DNA of 64,000 bases, from contig CM119264.1 in the NCBI GenBank assembly GCA_051294375.1, positions 9,745,907-9,809,906 on the forward strand. Reading direction: 5' to 3'. The stretch is from Paraspadella gotoi (taxonomy: Eukaryota; Animalia; Chaetognatha). A program made the translations under genes and the position numbers. The notes beneath the pieces were generated by a model. The model was not told the DNA's origin. It worked only from the letters and a program-made list of their open reading frames with translations, and ran no database searches. This document shows, piece after piece, positions 37,095 to 55,363 of this stretch (positions are counted from its first letter, which is position 1; every line of letters starts with the position of its first letter).

Positions 37095-40000
37095 ATGTTT
37101 CGATTCTCGATCAAAAAACGCAATTGCCCGATGACCATTTGGTCAAGTAAAACTTCATCCGCTTTTTCTACGTCGAAATTCTGTGAATCGAACTTTAAAA
37201 AACGAATCTGCGCCGCCTACGCGGCCACCGAAAGGTGAGGCTTTGAGGTATTCAAAAGAGTTACGTATGATGATCCCAATTTACATATTTGTCATATGTT
37301 TAAATCAAATTGAGATAATAATTTCTTTAGAAGTGGCGGAATTAGAACGCTTTATATATATATAAATAACGACTTTTCCACTTTGGCCGAAGGAGCCGAC
37401 TTGTGCCAATGCGGCAGAGATGGACCGAACACAGCATCGAGCCATCACGACTCTCGTTCCGTCTGGACGAAGGAGTTTGTGCACAATACTCGAGCCCACT
37501 GACGCCTTCGGACAAATTCAAGTATGTCTTCTTTTTTTTAAATTCTAGGGTATAATTTTAACCAATCGTTTTTTGTGTCAATAGATTAGTTTTCAGTTTG
37601 AAACAATAATATCTTGTGGCGGTATATTCACACCGCCTCACGTCCACCATCCGTCAGCCAATCCATTGGCTCAGAGTGGGAAAACACCAACCCAGGCTAG
37701 CGTCCATCCACAGTCCTAACGACCGTCTGGGTAACCGCGCCAGTGACTGGAGGCGTCACTGCGGGTCGGAAGCCCCCAAAGCAAACAGTGAGATGCCCCC
37801 ATCCCAATGGGATCAGAGAACCCGTCTCTTGCATAATCTTTAATAATTTAAATCGTACTAACCGTATTGGCTTTTGGTTTTCTCCAAACATTCCGTCAAA
37901 CTTTCTCAAATTCCTCCTCTCTCAGTTTTCATCGATGGCGTCAACCGCAAACAGTTTTTCAACTGAACAAAAGTTCGCGGCGCATCGCGATCGAGGATTT
38001 CAACGAAGAGACTAAACTGAGTCGAAGACCCTGAGTCAGTTGAAGAGCGTGGAGGATCTCTTGATCAAGGAGTGGGGTTTGAACGAACCGCAATCATTCT
38101 TTCAATCACTGGAGGTAAAGTTTTCACCAAAGTCAGGGGCAAGTAGCTTTCATTAAATGAATGAATAATTTTTATATTGGTTGTAACAATTTCATATATA
38201 AAATATTTTAAAGTTAATTAAAACTTTATCTTTTAAGGAGCAAAGCTTATCGACTTAAATCACCACATCGAAGAAGAATTCATCAATGCATCAATCGCCT
38301 CCTCAAGCACACCCCAGACACTTGGATCCTCAGCGGGGGACCTCCACCGCGTCATGCGGCCTCGTCGGCAAAGCCGTCAAGAACTTCCTCAACGCAGGTG
38401 ATTGGTCCGAGCGACAACGCTCCTCTCAGGTTGCATCGGCATCGCCACCTGGGGCATCGTCCGCGACATGAGAGTCTCTTCAACCGAGAATCGATCAGAG
38501 ACGATCCCGCCGTCTATCGGATCGAAAAGTTTCGCCTGGAGTTCCAACGCCGGGCGCCGATCTCGACATGGACCACACCCACTTCTCCTCATCGACGATG
38601 GAACCGAAGGAAAGTACGGCGCCGAGATTCTTTTCGATCGCAGCTGGAAAAGTATCTCAGCACCGATGAGGAAGCATGCCACAAGATCCCCGCCGTCCAA
38701 TCGTCATGAATGGCGGTGAAGCTCGTTGAAGCGCGTGAGGGAAAGTCTGGAAGGAAGATCCCTACCGTTGCATCAAGGAACGGGCCGAGCTCGCCGATCT
38801 TCTGGCCAAAGCAACGTGATGATGAGGCAGGAAGACGGGAAAAACAAAAGAAGCGAGACGACCCAATTATTCCGATCCGGAAGACGTGGTCAAAGACGAA
38901 TTCATTGTCCATTGCATCGAGGAAGATTTTCCAGCAAAGCAAAAAAAAATGGTTACTGACGATTTGGTGCGCTGTCTAAAAGCCTCGCAAAATCTACACA
39001 TTTACGACATGTCCATAAAGCTGCGCCGAAAAACAATGAGAATTCAATGGACCTCTTTGCACAGAAATATCTTGCAAGCGCTCTTGAATAAAACTCTCAA
39101 AGAATCTGTCTTGTTGCGTTTCTGCCTACGAGGCACCTTACTTTGGCTTTTCAGTGGAATCGCTTAGACGTTGCCAAAAGAATTCTGAGCAGGCTCAACA
39201 AAAACAGACTGGAATTCAAGAAGGAATTTCGCCTTAATTAAGTCTCATGGCCTTGAAAAAAGAAGTTTACCCTTTATCAGCTTTTTAAGGAATCACTGAA
39301 CATCAGTTGAAGGAAATGGTTTCGAGCGATCAGAAAGAGAGCATAATCCGACGAAATCAGGCGCGGTACAGAATGAAAAGTTCAACGAATATGCAATCGA
39401 GGATTGGCGTATTTTTACTTCTTTGATCGTTTTATCAAGAAGCATACATAGCTTTGGGACTTCACTGTTAAAAGGTATGAAGTATCCCATGGCTTCTTGT
39501 CTATATGCTTGCGTCGAACTTAAATGCTCAAGATCCAAGAGCAACATAGGAATTATGCCAAAATTACTTCAGCCATTGAACAATTTTGAAGCGATCGCTT
39601 ATGAATTATTACTCTCTGCTACCATGAGTCCAAGCTACGCACAATGTATTTACTAGTGGCAAGAGATAAGCCTTGTCGGCGGGAATTTCTGTCATGCAGC
39701 TCGCATTGAAAGGAGAGTGTTTGCATTTTTTCAGTCACCAAGCTTGCCAGGATCTTCTCGACTGCATATGGAACCGATGCGTCCCAAAAAATACAAACTT
39801 TTTAAAAATCTATGCTGAATTGTCTTCCGTTTCTCATACCAAAGTTTTTTGCTTGCAAAGTTAATCAGTTCCACTTTCCAAGAGACGATCTATTCCAAAA
39901 ACGTAAGCATCAAGGTAAACAAAAAGTTGAGCGAGATGGGGCTGGCCACAAAGTACGAGTCCAAATACGAGACTTCGTTCGAATCGATCCGCCGCTTTTA

Positions 40001-41135
40001 CACGTCTCCCATTGTCAAGTTTTACACGGTCTCGTTACCTACTCTGTTTTCTTGATCGCTTTTGGTTTTTTCCTCATGACGCGTTAAATCAAATGGTCTA
40101 TTCAAATCCTGGCTGCTTTGAATGGACTGTCATTTCTTTTTTCCTGCCCTCGTCTGCCAAGAGATCTACCAGTTTCAGCATTGCATCTCCGAGCGAGTTT
40201 AAAGAACGTTTTTTCTCCCACTTTTCCACATGTGGAACCCGGTGGATTTGTTCCTGATTCTTCACGATGACCGCGACCCTGATTGCCAGATTCTACGGAC
40301 TCGTACAAGGGCCGAAAAAATTTCGATAGTCCGATTCCGTCAAAAATCGTTTGCGTTTTGCTTTTCGTTTATCACGTTCGTTGCTGCAGATATTCTCCGC
40401 CACCCCGATCATCGGTCCAAAATTGGTGATGATAAAGAGAATGGTCGGAGATCTTCTTTATTCTGGGCGATCCTGTGCGTCTTTGTGTCTTCTTATTCAT
40501 TGTCTTCCTTCGCCATTCTTTGGCCGATTCGCTTTTGAAGCACGGGGAAGATAATTCCACTTCGACTTACGAAGCCATCCATCTTCTCTTCGCCCTACTG
40601 AGCCTTGTTCGGCGAAACGCACCTCGAGTTCTACGAAGACTTGGGAGATTCACGAGTGGAGGATCGAGGATTCGGCCCTCTGGCCAAGCACGTCATCCTG
40701 CCTGGAATGCAGGGTCTCTACATGATGGTAGCTCAGCATCTTGCTGCTCAATGCTTCTCATCGCCCCTCTTCAGCTACACTTTCGCCGACATCCAAGAGG
40801 ACTCGAGAAGATTTGGTTGCTTCAACCGACACTCGTTCATCTTCGAATACTTTAACAGATCCGCGTTCCCGCAGCCTTTTTCCGGTCCTCAGCTTCTTGA
40901 CGAGCGGCTGCAGGCGACTCTTTCGTCCTTGTGCGGATTATGTCGAGATCGGAGTCGAATCCGAGGTCGTCATGACTTCGGCCTTGAAGGTGAGATTAAC
41001 TGAACCGACAGTCGTTGCAGCGGACAAACGGGGCCGATTATTCGAAGGACTCTGCGCGGTGGGAGCGTTTATGGCGGAGAGTTACTTTGAGTCCTGCGAA
41101 ATTTAAGAACCTCATGCCAGAATTGTGAAGAATGA
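37095..41135 (+). pseudogene. TRPM: Mirror copy of the TRPM gene with many 1-nt indels (second allele/paralog or unpolished assembly copy)
   Basis: Fragments in the ORF track (e.g. 38886 VKDEFIVHCIEEDFP, 39673 VMQLALKGECLHFFSHQACQDLLDCIW, 40605 FGETHLEFYEDL) are collinear with 30208-34078 but frameshift repeatedly. Confidence 0.85.
37612..37832. mobile_element. ~215-bp GC-rich insertion in TRPM intron 2, present only in the right arm (SINE-like fragment?)
   Basis: Flanks cagtttgaaacaataat and atctttaataatttaaa match left-arm ~33580 and ~33545, which are separated there by only ~20 bp. Confidence 0.55.
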
Positions 41136-44054
41136 GGCTCAAAACTGAGATAATCAACTGACGACTTTCGTTTATATTTTCTATCTTAATTCTATATTTT
41201 TGTATAAAATTGTTACTAATCATTAAATATACAAATTATTTTCTTAATCAATTTCTTAAACCGATTTTTTTCGCCAAAAACTATTATTAATATTTCGGAC
41301 ATCATTTTTTTTATTTACGTAAAAACCTTTTTCTATCGCAAGGCAAGTTTTTCCTTGAAATAAAGACAATTTTATCATTTTTTCAATGCCAAAACGCTCA
41401 CGCAAAAATTGTTACCTTGCCTCATCCGTTCGAAATTTATTTCCCTATTCTCTCTCTACTTCCATTTCTGCGCTTCGTATCTCACCCTAAAAAAATTGAA
41501 AGAATTTATTCTTCAAAAATTTTCGAAGAAATTCAGACGGCGTTTCTTTCGCGCGCCACCCGCCTGTCATTCTCACTCGCTCTCGACTACCAATCTCCCG
41601 ACCCACCTCGCGACTTATACCAACTTGTTACCAACGAACCAACTCGGTAAAGATTTTATAATGATGACATAGTGATATCATTTTCGATAATGTTGTTGCA
41701 TCTTCTTAAATACAACAACCCTCCAAATTTACTTTCCCCCAGATGGACGTACTTACCTATAACCCATCTTATTTTTCTTCCCGTATAGAACACCACCTAT
41801 CCTCACATGCTTCCCGACACTTCCCATTCCTCCGCTAGATCACTCATCTGAATAACAAAAAGACATTAACTTCGACCCTCATCGAATCTTTTCCCGTTTT
41901 CACCAAGAAAACTTATGCACGCGACGGTAGACCAGATTCTGACGAGAACGAAAAAAAAAAAAATAAGTACGTCCAATGTTTAGGTCTTGTTTTGACGCAA
42001 TGACGAAAATAAAAAAGTAAAAGCCTCGCTTATGGCTAAAAACAATGAAACATCAGTATGCACAAAGGCCGTTGTTCTTTCAATTTTTTTTACGAGTTGA
42101 AATTCGCCATTGCTTTGAACATTTTTTTTATAGTTCGTCAATTTCAGTTGTGGGAAACTAAACATAAAAACAAATACTTTCGTGCATACAAACGATTCTC
42201 GAAAGATCATTTCCTTTAATTCTTAACCTAGTTTTGTTCTACGATTTTTTTTATTTAGTTTAAATTTTTTTTTCAAATTTTATTCTTTTAATTTTTTTTT
42301 TTACGCCTTGAAAGTTCCCTTGTTGACGCCTTCGATCCCAGTGGATGGAAATCGCGGAGGCGGCTGGGAGATTGTCGTTCGTCGTTGTCGTGTCGTCGTC
42401 ATCGTCATCATTGTTATCATTATTCGTCCTTTCTTATATTATACAACATCATTGTCATCATCGTTTAATCTCCATCGTATTCTTCGACTTCATTTTCCTG
42501 TTCGTAATCTTCGTTGATGGCAGCACACGTACGTGATATTCGTCGTCGTTGTCATCGTCATCGTCAGCATCTCGTCGTCGTCGGCGAATCAGCGACGAAT
42601 TTTTATTTTCGCTCGATTCTTCGCCTGATTTTTTGCGACGCTATTTCACCGTCAGTCATCGTCGCATCTGCGTCGACGCCATTCCACTGCACGTGACTGT
42701 CGCGTGACTGCCACTAGGAATGTCACGTCTTAATCACCATTTAACAGGCGGTTAAACATCTACTTATCTGAACACGCATTATACAGATTCACTAACTCAT
42801 CATTTTCTTCAAGATCAATTTTTTGTGTTGAATTTTTGCTCAAATTCCGTGACGTTGACGTCGAGTAAAGTGCCAATGGCTGCGCCTGCAAAGGCTGCCG
42901 CCTGCAAAGGCTGCGCCTGCAAGGGCTGCGCTTCAAGGGCTGCGCCGTCAGGTCCTCGGTGAGGGCGGAGGTGCGACGTCGTTGTCTTGGGCAGGAGGCG
43001 GCCTCGGGTGAAACTTCCTGTCAAGGAGAAAATCCAAAAATTACCCGGACGGCGAAACAATGGTTTGCATGGAAATTTTCTGCTTCATCGCTCAATCGTG
43101 GGAAACTAGGGCGACTTACTTTTCTGTCAGTTGGTTTGAGAATAGAATGGAGGTGAGTTCGGTAAGGATGTAAGGGTGTCTTCGTAACCTCTAGGAGAGT
43201 GATTATATAATACAATATACAATATCGGTTTAACCCTTTTTTTTACGTTCTTCGCTTTTCACAGCGCGACATCAAATCTAAAGCAAATCAAGCGGGCTTT
43301 TTTATAATTTGCAGAAAAAAATAAACTCTCGACTTTTGTTTGGCGAAAATGTTTTGTACAACTCGCCTTAATTAATAAGTTTCTCCTTCAAGTGGACGTG
43401 CGTCGTCGAGATTCGAAAAAAAAAGGCGGCATATTTTGGGGGAAGAAAACACGCGTGAGGGCGTTGAGTTTTGGGCATGGAGACGACGACGACGACGACG
43501 ATGACGACGACGATATCAAACGACACGGTGGACGAATGCGGCGACGAAACATCGATTGAAAATTAGCGCGAAATTGCATTTGAACAAAAAGAAGGATTCC
43601 GAAATGAGTCGGAATAATTGGGAGTTGTTTCGTCGAGGAGAAAGATTGCGGTGATTCTTTTTCTTTCTTTTTTCTTCACAAGTTGGTAGTAGTTTTGTAT
43701 TAAATGTTAACTATATATTTATTTTATTCATTCGTTTTCTCAGTTACTAATTACTCAATGTCCTAAGATATTCCACACTTACGAGTATATTTTTTTCAAT
43801 GGTATCGTCGTCGTCTTCGTCGTCGTTTCAAACTTTCTATGTTTTAAACTCAAGGCGAAGTCCCGGTTCTTTCCCTCCTTTTCTTCTCCCTTGTTTCTTC
43901 GTCTTCGTCGTCATCGTCGTCCGTCTTTGACATTGGTGTCCCTTTGGATTACAAACTTTTGAGTAATGATGGCCCAAAAGTGCCGTGGCGCCAGTCGCCT
44001 CTTACGGACCCGAGACGTAAGTTTCGGTTACTGAGCGCGTCTCTCTTTCTCTCT

Positions 44055-44134
<80 letters not shown>

Positions 44135-44723
44135 ACGATTCGTGTTGTCCCTGATTTATGTCCTGGGTCCGTCTTCGAATCTCCGACGGACAGCGCCGTT
44201 TTAGATTCCAAAGAGCGCGTCAGTTGTCACAATCGTTGCGGTGAGCGTTGTCGCTTCTGAAGCACTATGATTGCGTAAAAGTACTATTTTAGTTTGTAAA
44301 CTCAAATTCATATAGGATGAAAAGAATCATACTAATCGTAAAAATAAAAAGCAAATACTAACCGTAATTATAATCTTGAACTATTGAATGGAATAAAAAG
44401 TATCTTGTTAGTTTTGCCACTCTTCGCCAAGAGATTTCATGCGATCAGCTCGCCCACGATGCCAGCTCCAAATATTCTTCGGCTTCATCTCCATTTCATT
44501 CCATAGTGATACTTACATCACGCCCCGCTGACGCCTTGCTGGCTCCTCTGATCGTAATATCAAATTAACCGCTCCTTATCTCTCTCTCTCTCCTCTCTCT
44601 CTCTGGCGTCGTGATTCTCGCCAAGTTTCGAGGGAAAAACGGATGGCGTCTTCGTGAAAAAACAAAACTACTATTAATAGCAATTAATAGCAGCAACTAA
44701 AACAATGCCATGCGAGCCAGATA

Positions 44724-44781
<58 letters not shown>

Positions 44782-45689
44782 AAGAAGAGAGAGAGAGAGA
44801 GAGAGAGAGACGAGGAGAGACTATATTCTAGGTATAGGTTTATCTGAATGGTTTGAGAGATAAGTAACTTATGAAGAAGATTTAAAAGAAAAAGAAGAGA
44901 AATTAAAAAAAATTAAGAGAAAAAAATAAAAAAAAAGAAAAAATTCGAACTAAAACTACAAATACAAAAAAGTAAAGAGTAGAGAAATAGAGGCGGAGTT
45001 ACTAATATGAAGGAATGGCAAAAGGAAAGAAAAAAATTGCAAAGATACAGAGGAGAAAAGGAGGAAAGGAAAGAAGGAGACAAAGACTAGAGAAAAAAAA
45101 AGGAGTAAGGAAAGAGGAGGTGTTGATGCCCGTGAATTGTGCGCGCAGAAAAATTCCGTCTCGAGAGCGCGCGACCCGGGAGTCAAAACTGGTGCAGATC
45201 TGAAAAGCGAGGCGGGAAATCCTTTCTTAACTTTCCCTTTCCGACTTCGCTCAATTTCTTTATTCTTGCAGGTTTTTTAAAAAAAATTTTTCGTGAATTA
45301 ATTCTTATTTTAACCTCCTAAACATTTTTTTATTCTGTTTTTTTGAGTTCTTTCTCCAACGCCCTGAATTTATTTATTTCCCACATAATCACGCATTTAA
45401 TCTAAACCGGGAACGGGAGATTTAAAGGACATATGTTTAAGACAAACGTATTTTTTTATTTAAACTGTTTGTAAAGAACTATAAATTACTTTAACCAGTA
45501 AATATATTAGTTTTCTCTGCGAGGTTACTTTTGTTGTTTCAAGTACGGTAAAAAGTTTTTATCAAATTATAGAGGACTCAGAGCACAGTTAAATAAAAGA
45601 AACAAAAGATCTACTGAAATGACTACGAATAAATTCGAATAAAATAACGATTCAAAAAGTTTATGGTATCAAACTTTATGGTTAAACAA

Positions 45690-46900
45690 TTAATCTTTGT
45701 CGGTCAAGACCATCTCCCGAATTGCAGTCACGGTCCCAGTACAGCGGTCGACGATGCTGAAGACGATGATGAACATATCCCAAAACATCTCCACTGTATC
45801 GGCCCAGTGCGCCTGGCCTACAACAGATGAAGAAAACATATTAATATTATAAGGAATTGTAAACAAACATAATCATGCATTTACCTGGGAATCCGTTGCA
45901 CCGATCTATGATGGCGGGAATGGTAAGTCCCATGGGGGTGCTAAACAAGGCTCCGATAAGAGGGTGAATGGGCCTGAAAGAAAAAAAAAAAAGAAATTCA
46001 TCGTTTCATTACTTTATATTGTAATCATTAGCAGTCCTGAAAGTCATTTCCCACCTTTAAATGTCATTGACTAACGTATATATAATTATATTCTTAAAGC
46101 GGATTTTTGAGTATCCAAAGGGAAAAAGAACATGACCGAAAAAGGGGGCTGAGGCAGCGAGGGTTGCGGCGAGGGTGATGACGACGGCGCGGACGACCAA
46201 AATCCAAAAGTCGTGGGCGCCCTCTCGTCGTCGATCCACTTCTTGATGCGACCGAAGAGAATCCGTGGGCGACGAAATACTGGACGGCGAAGGACGTCAC
46301 CACAACGATAGCGAAGCACCTTCAGGCTAAAAAAAGTGTGTAAATAATTAATTATTTATCTTATCCAGCCACGTTATTATATAGAAAAAGAGAAGAAACC
46401 TTTCTGGACTCACGGAATAAACAGACAAACAGACGAAGCTCAAAATTAAAATTATATTAAATAAATACCGTATATCTTTGTTTTGACTCACCTCGCGTAC
46501 AACGGAGTGTGCGGGAGATGAGCGTGATCGATCCCTTGGCGTCGTCGCCGTATTTAGGTAAACCGAAAAAGTCGGTGGCCGTGTGGAATATGTGATTAGC
46601 GCCACGCCCACGATTTGAAGCTACTCCCGAAAGGCGCACGTCATTTCCTCCGGCGACGCCATCTTGTTTCGAGCGGCAAACCACGGTGATGCCTGTAGTC
46701 GGGGAACGTACGTATCGAATTGAGAATCGTCTTTCAATTGGCGTATTTTGAAAAAGCCGCTCACAATAAACATAATCTGCGCAAGTACATATCTTTCCTC
46801 CATCCAACCTTCGAAAAACCATGACGACCGTTCCGAGGAAGACGAATTCGCCCGTAATTTCTGTTAATAAGATGCCAACTCGGAGACGGCTGGAAATCTC
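45690..46900 (-). pseudogene. Mirror copy of SLC36 paralog 2 exons 4(part)-8, indel-rich
   Basis: Reverse complement of 22292-23505. ORF fragments KYGDDAKGSITL and VVRAVVITLAATLAASAPFFG. Confidence 0.85.
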
Positions 46901-47257
46901 TCTCTGGTGGGGGNNNNNNNNNNNNNNNNNNNNNNNNNACATAACCCAGAGCGGGTGAGCCTCTCAGCTTCTCTTTTCGGTTCATAACAGAGTTCTCTCC
47001 TTCACCCAGACAAAATCAACATTACCATGCTTGCGTCGTTCCTCTCCCGTGTAATTCTCTCTTCTTCTCTACCTATTCATTACTCTACTCTGNNNNNNNN
47101 NNNNNNNNNNNNNNNNNNNNNNNNNNNNNNNNNNNNNNNNNNNNNNNNNNNNNNNNNNNNNNNNNNNNNNNNNNNNNNNNNNNNNNNNNNNNNNNNNNNN
47201 NNNNNNNNNNNNNNNNNNNNNNNNNNNNNNNNNNNNNNNNNNNNNNNNNNNNNNNNN

Positions 47258-47292
<35 letters not shown>

Positions 47293-47640
47293 TGAGAATG
47301 AGCTTGGCAGCTGTCTCCTCGGGTAATGATTCCACGTTTTACTCGTTCCAAATATATCGACAACACTGTATTTTCGAGTTCGTTTCTCGTTTTACTGTAG
47401 CATTTACTGTTTTCTTGAGTAAATTCCACCTATCGTCTCTCCGCTTTCACCCGGTGCCATCCCGGTGCTTGCCGATGTCTTGCTGTGCCATTAGATACCA
47501 TCCGATGCCATCCCGTTGCAACCCAGTTAAATCCGGTGCCTCCTTCAAACCGGAAATGCAAAAAAGAAAATCTCCAACGTTTTTCAAAAACATTTTTGAA
47601 GAAATAAAAAAAAAAATCTGAATTTCTTAAAATTCTGCAG

Positions 47641-47849
47641 GCCGCCGACTCCGAAGACGAGGACGAAGACGACGACAACAATAGAGACGAAGAAAGACGT
47701 CGACGACGACAAAGTCGTCTCTGGCAAGATGTCGATGAAATTATGGGAAGCCATAATTCAGACGATGTCAGCGCCAAAGTCTACTTTTTTTGACGATGGT
47801 GACGACAAAGAGGCGAAGAAAACGGTTGACATCAAAGACGACAATAAAG
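47641..47849 (+). CDS. Candidate isolated acidic exon
   Basis: tctgcag|AADSEDEDEDDDNNRDEERRRRRQSRLWQDVDEIMGSHNSDDVSAKVYFF. Removing one T from a 7-T run continues it as DDGDDKEAKKTVDIKDDNK-G|gtaaag. Confidence 0.3.
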
Positions 47850-49442
47850 GTAAAGGTAGATAAAACGAGGACAAGGCAAGAGGTTGCCCGCTTCCAACGC
47901 TGCGGATAACCGACCCACGATCCACGATCCACAAACCACTACCACCCAACGACCACCTGCCACTCAGCGATTACCTCTGCTCTTCTTTTCCGTCATTTCC
48001 CGAGGAAAAATATGTCAGCGGCCCTGGCCACGCAGGGGGCGTGCATAATTTCGAAGAACTCAACCAAAACTTTCGAATCCCTCCCCTGAACCTGGAAAAT
48101 ATCTAGAGCCCCACGCATAACTTGCGTGTATCTGCCTCGAGAATTTGAAAGTCTAGTTTTATGTAAACCAAAAAAGAAAAAAAAGTTTGGAGAACCGGGC
48201 CGAGTTATTTACTCAAGATTTCGACCCTCGGATGAGATGCAACTGGCACCTCAATTANNNNNNNNNNNNNNNNNNNNNNNNNNNNNNNNNNNNNNNNNNN
48301 NNNNNNNNNNNNNNNNNNNNNNNNNNNNNNNNNNNNNNNNNNNNNNNNNNTTACCCATTCACTGGGAAAGTTTAATCGTTTGGTTATAAAGTTCGAAATT
48401 AATCACGGCCCCTTTCAGTAAAGCCTTCAAAGTCACTTGGATTTCGTCTTAATCAAAACCATTTTTAAATCTTTGAAGTTTACCTGTTTATTTTCTGTAA
48501 ACAGGTGTTACTCTCCACTTTTTTTTTGGCGACGCAGTTAATGACCTCGTTAGTGATTTGCAGGATTACAAAAAAAAATCGCAAAAAAAAAAAAGGTTCG
48601 TTAACTTCTCTGTTTGCATTTGAATTCCTATCCGACTAACTCTATATTCCCAGTCGCCAGAATTTTCACTATCCTCCACGTATCCAGTATCACCTATCCT
48701 CACTCAGGACTGAGAGGCGTGTACCGCAGGAGTCGGCGGTCGTGCTGCGGCGAGGGAAGCTGAAGGGTTTTGTTATTGTTGTGTGTTGTTGTTGTTGTTA
48801 TGCAAACGAGCTAGCGATGTTGATCTTAGAGTCATTGGGAACAGTTTTCATACAGGCTCAAATAATAAAATGATAATATAATATAATAATACGAGTATAT
48901 TAGAAGATTAATTACGTTTTGGCAACGAGTGTAATATTAAAAGATAGAGTAATTTGGGTCGAGGAGGGAAATGATCTTAAACACTAACAATCGCTGGAAC
49001 AGCTCGCGAAAATCTTCTATTCTTTATCATTTACGTCCAATACTTTAAATATTAACTACAACAAATTTTAACATAAACGAAAAAAATTTTTTTTCCCTTT
49101 GCGCAACAAAAGCGCCTACGTCATTGAAACTCGCTTCTTCATTTCCAGGGATTTCGAGTTTTTGTAAAAAGAAATGAGTTGAGAGATGAGGGAGAAGGAG
49201 CGACCGAATTCGAAACTTAATGACGCATAAGAGCCAGAGAGCGAGAGGAAAACGAGAGCTCTCTCTCTCTATCTGTCTCTTTATAATTTATAATTCATAA
49301 AATTCAGCTCCTTGTATTTTGGATGCTAGTGCGGAGTACAATAAGTATTCCCCGATCTAATACTTAAGGGAGTGGTCTTTTCATACAATTGAAACATTCT
49401 TTGAAATATTTCCACTTCATTGAGAGGGAAGCCAGGTCTCTG

Positions 49443-53621
<4,179 letters not shown>

Positions 53622-53698
53622 AAAAAACTTTTTTACTAATTAAAAACGGAGAGTAAGAGTGGGAGCAAATTAGAAAAAAGATGGGGGGAAAAGAGAGA

Positions 53699-53790
<92 letters not shown>

Positions 53791-53899
53791 GAGAGAAGAA
53801 GAGAGTCCAGTGAAATCATCGGGTGGCGTCCGACGAAGTGAGGGTGAAAATAATCAGAGTAAAACGGAAGTGAGTCAATTGAGTTGAAAAGAGAGGAAA

Positions 53900-55170
53900 G
53901 AAGAGAAAAATAAGAAAAGGAGAAAAGAAAAATACGACAAAGGAAGAAAAAAATCAAAAAAAATAAGAAAAGGGAAAGGAAAGATACGACACAAGGAGGA
54001 AGTAAATTTAAAAAATTAAAAAAGGAGATAAGGAAAGAAGCATAGAAAAAAAGGAGGAAGAGAATAAAAAAAAAAAAAGAAAATGAAGAAAGGAAAGATA
54101 CGAAAAAGGAGAAGAGAAATTTAAAATAAGAAAAGGAGAAAGAAAGATACCAACAAAGGAGGAAGAGAAAATTTTAAAAAAAGAAAGGAGAAAGGAAAGA
54201 TAAGACAAGGAGGAAAAATCGAAAAAAATAAGAAAAGGGGAAAAAGGGAAAGATACGAACAAAGGAGGAAGATATATTTTAAAAAGGAGAAAAGGAAAAG
54301 ATACAAAAAAGGAGAAGAGAAATTTAGAAAAATAAAAGGAAAAAAGGAAAGATATGAGAAAGGAGGAAGAAAAATTTAAAAAATAAGAAAAGGAGGAAAA
54401 AGGAAAAAATAACGAACAAAAGGAGGAAGAAAAATTTAAAATAAAAAAAAGGAGAAGAAAAGTACGACAAAGGAGGAGAGAAATTTAGAAAAAAGAAAAG
54501 GAAAAAAGGAAAGATACGACAAAGGATGAAAGAGAAATTTAAAAAATAAGAAAAGGAGAAAAGAAGATACAACAAAGGAGGAAGAAATTTAAAATAATAA
54601 AATGAGAAAGGAAAGTTATGACAAAGGAGGATGAGAAATAATAAAATAAGAAAAGGAGAAAAGGAAGATCAAAAGGAGGAAGAGATTTAAAAAAAAGAAA
54701 AGAAAAAAAGGAAGATATGAGAAAGGAGGAAAGAGAAATTTAAAAAATAAGAAAAGGAAAAAAGAAAGATACGACAAAGGAAGAAGAGAATTTAAAAAAG
54801 AAGAAAAAGGAGAAAAGGAAAGATAAACAGGAGGAAGAGAAATTTAAAAAGAAAAGGAGAAAAGGAAAGATACGACAAAGGAATAGAGAAATTTAAAAAA
54901 TAAGAAAAGGAGAAAAGGAAAGATAAAAAAAAGGAGGAAGAGAAATTTAAAAAAAAGAAAAGGAGAAAAGGAAAGATACGACAAAGGAGGAAGAAAAATT
55001 TAAAAAATAAGAAAAGGAGAAAAAGAAAGATACAACAAAGGAGGAAGAGAAAGTTAAAAAAATAATAAAAGGAGAAAAGGAAAGATACAAAAAAGAGGAA
55101 GATAAATTTTAAAAAAAGAAAAGGAGAAAAGGAAAGATACAACAAAGGAGGAAGAGAAATTTAAAAAAAG
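53900..55170. repeat. ~54-bp polypurine minisatellite, >20 copies
   Basis: Consensus aaaggaggaagagaaatttaaaaaataagaaaaggagaaaaggaaagatacgac repeated head-to-tail. Confidence 0.88.
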
Positions 55171-55363
55171 AAATCTTCAAATTTCCTTCTGCGATATTTT
55201 ATTGGTAACAAGAGCGCTGTGAAAAAAAGAATATATGAATTATTATAAAATATATATGACTATGAATTCATGACATAAGATAGCGCGACGAAAAGGAATG
55301 TGACGGCCGCACGGTTGTTGTTGTTATTTTGTGGTTGTTGTTGTTGTTGTTGTTGTTGTTGTC

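Noticed and set aside
37095-41135. Programmed frameshifting or RNA editing to rescue the indel-rich TRPM copy
   Set aside because: Indels occur in exons, introns and intergenic DNA alike and often at homopolymers, as expected for uncorrected long-read error.
53900-55170. Possible CRISPR-like array
   Set aside because: Head-to-tail degenerate units without unique spacers, in a eukaryotic context with no cas genes. Same for 28020-28220 and 57228-57375.
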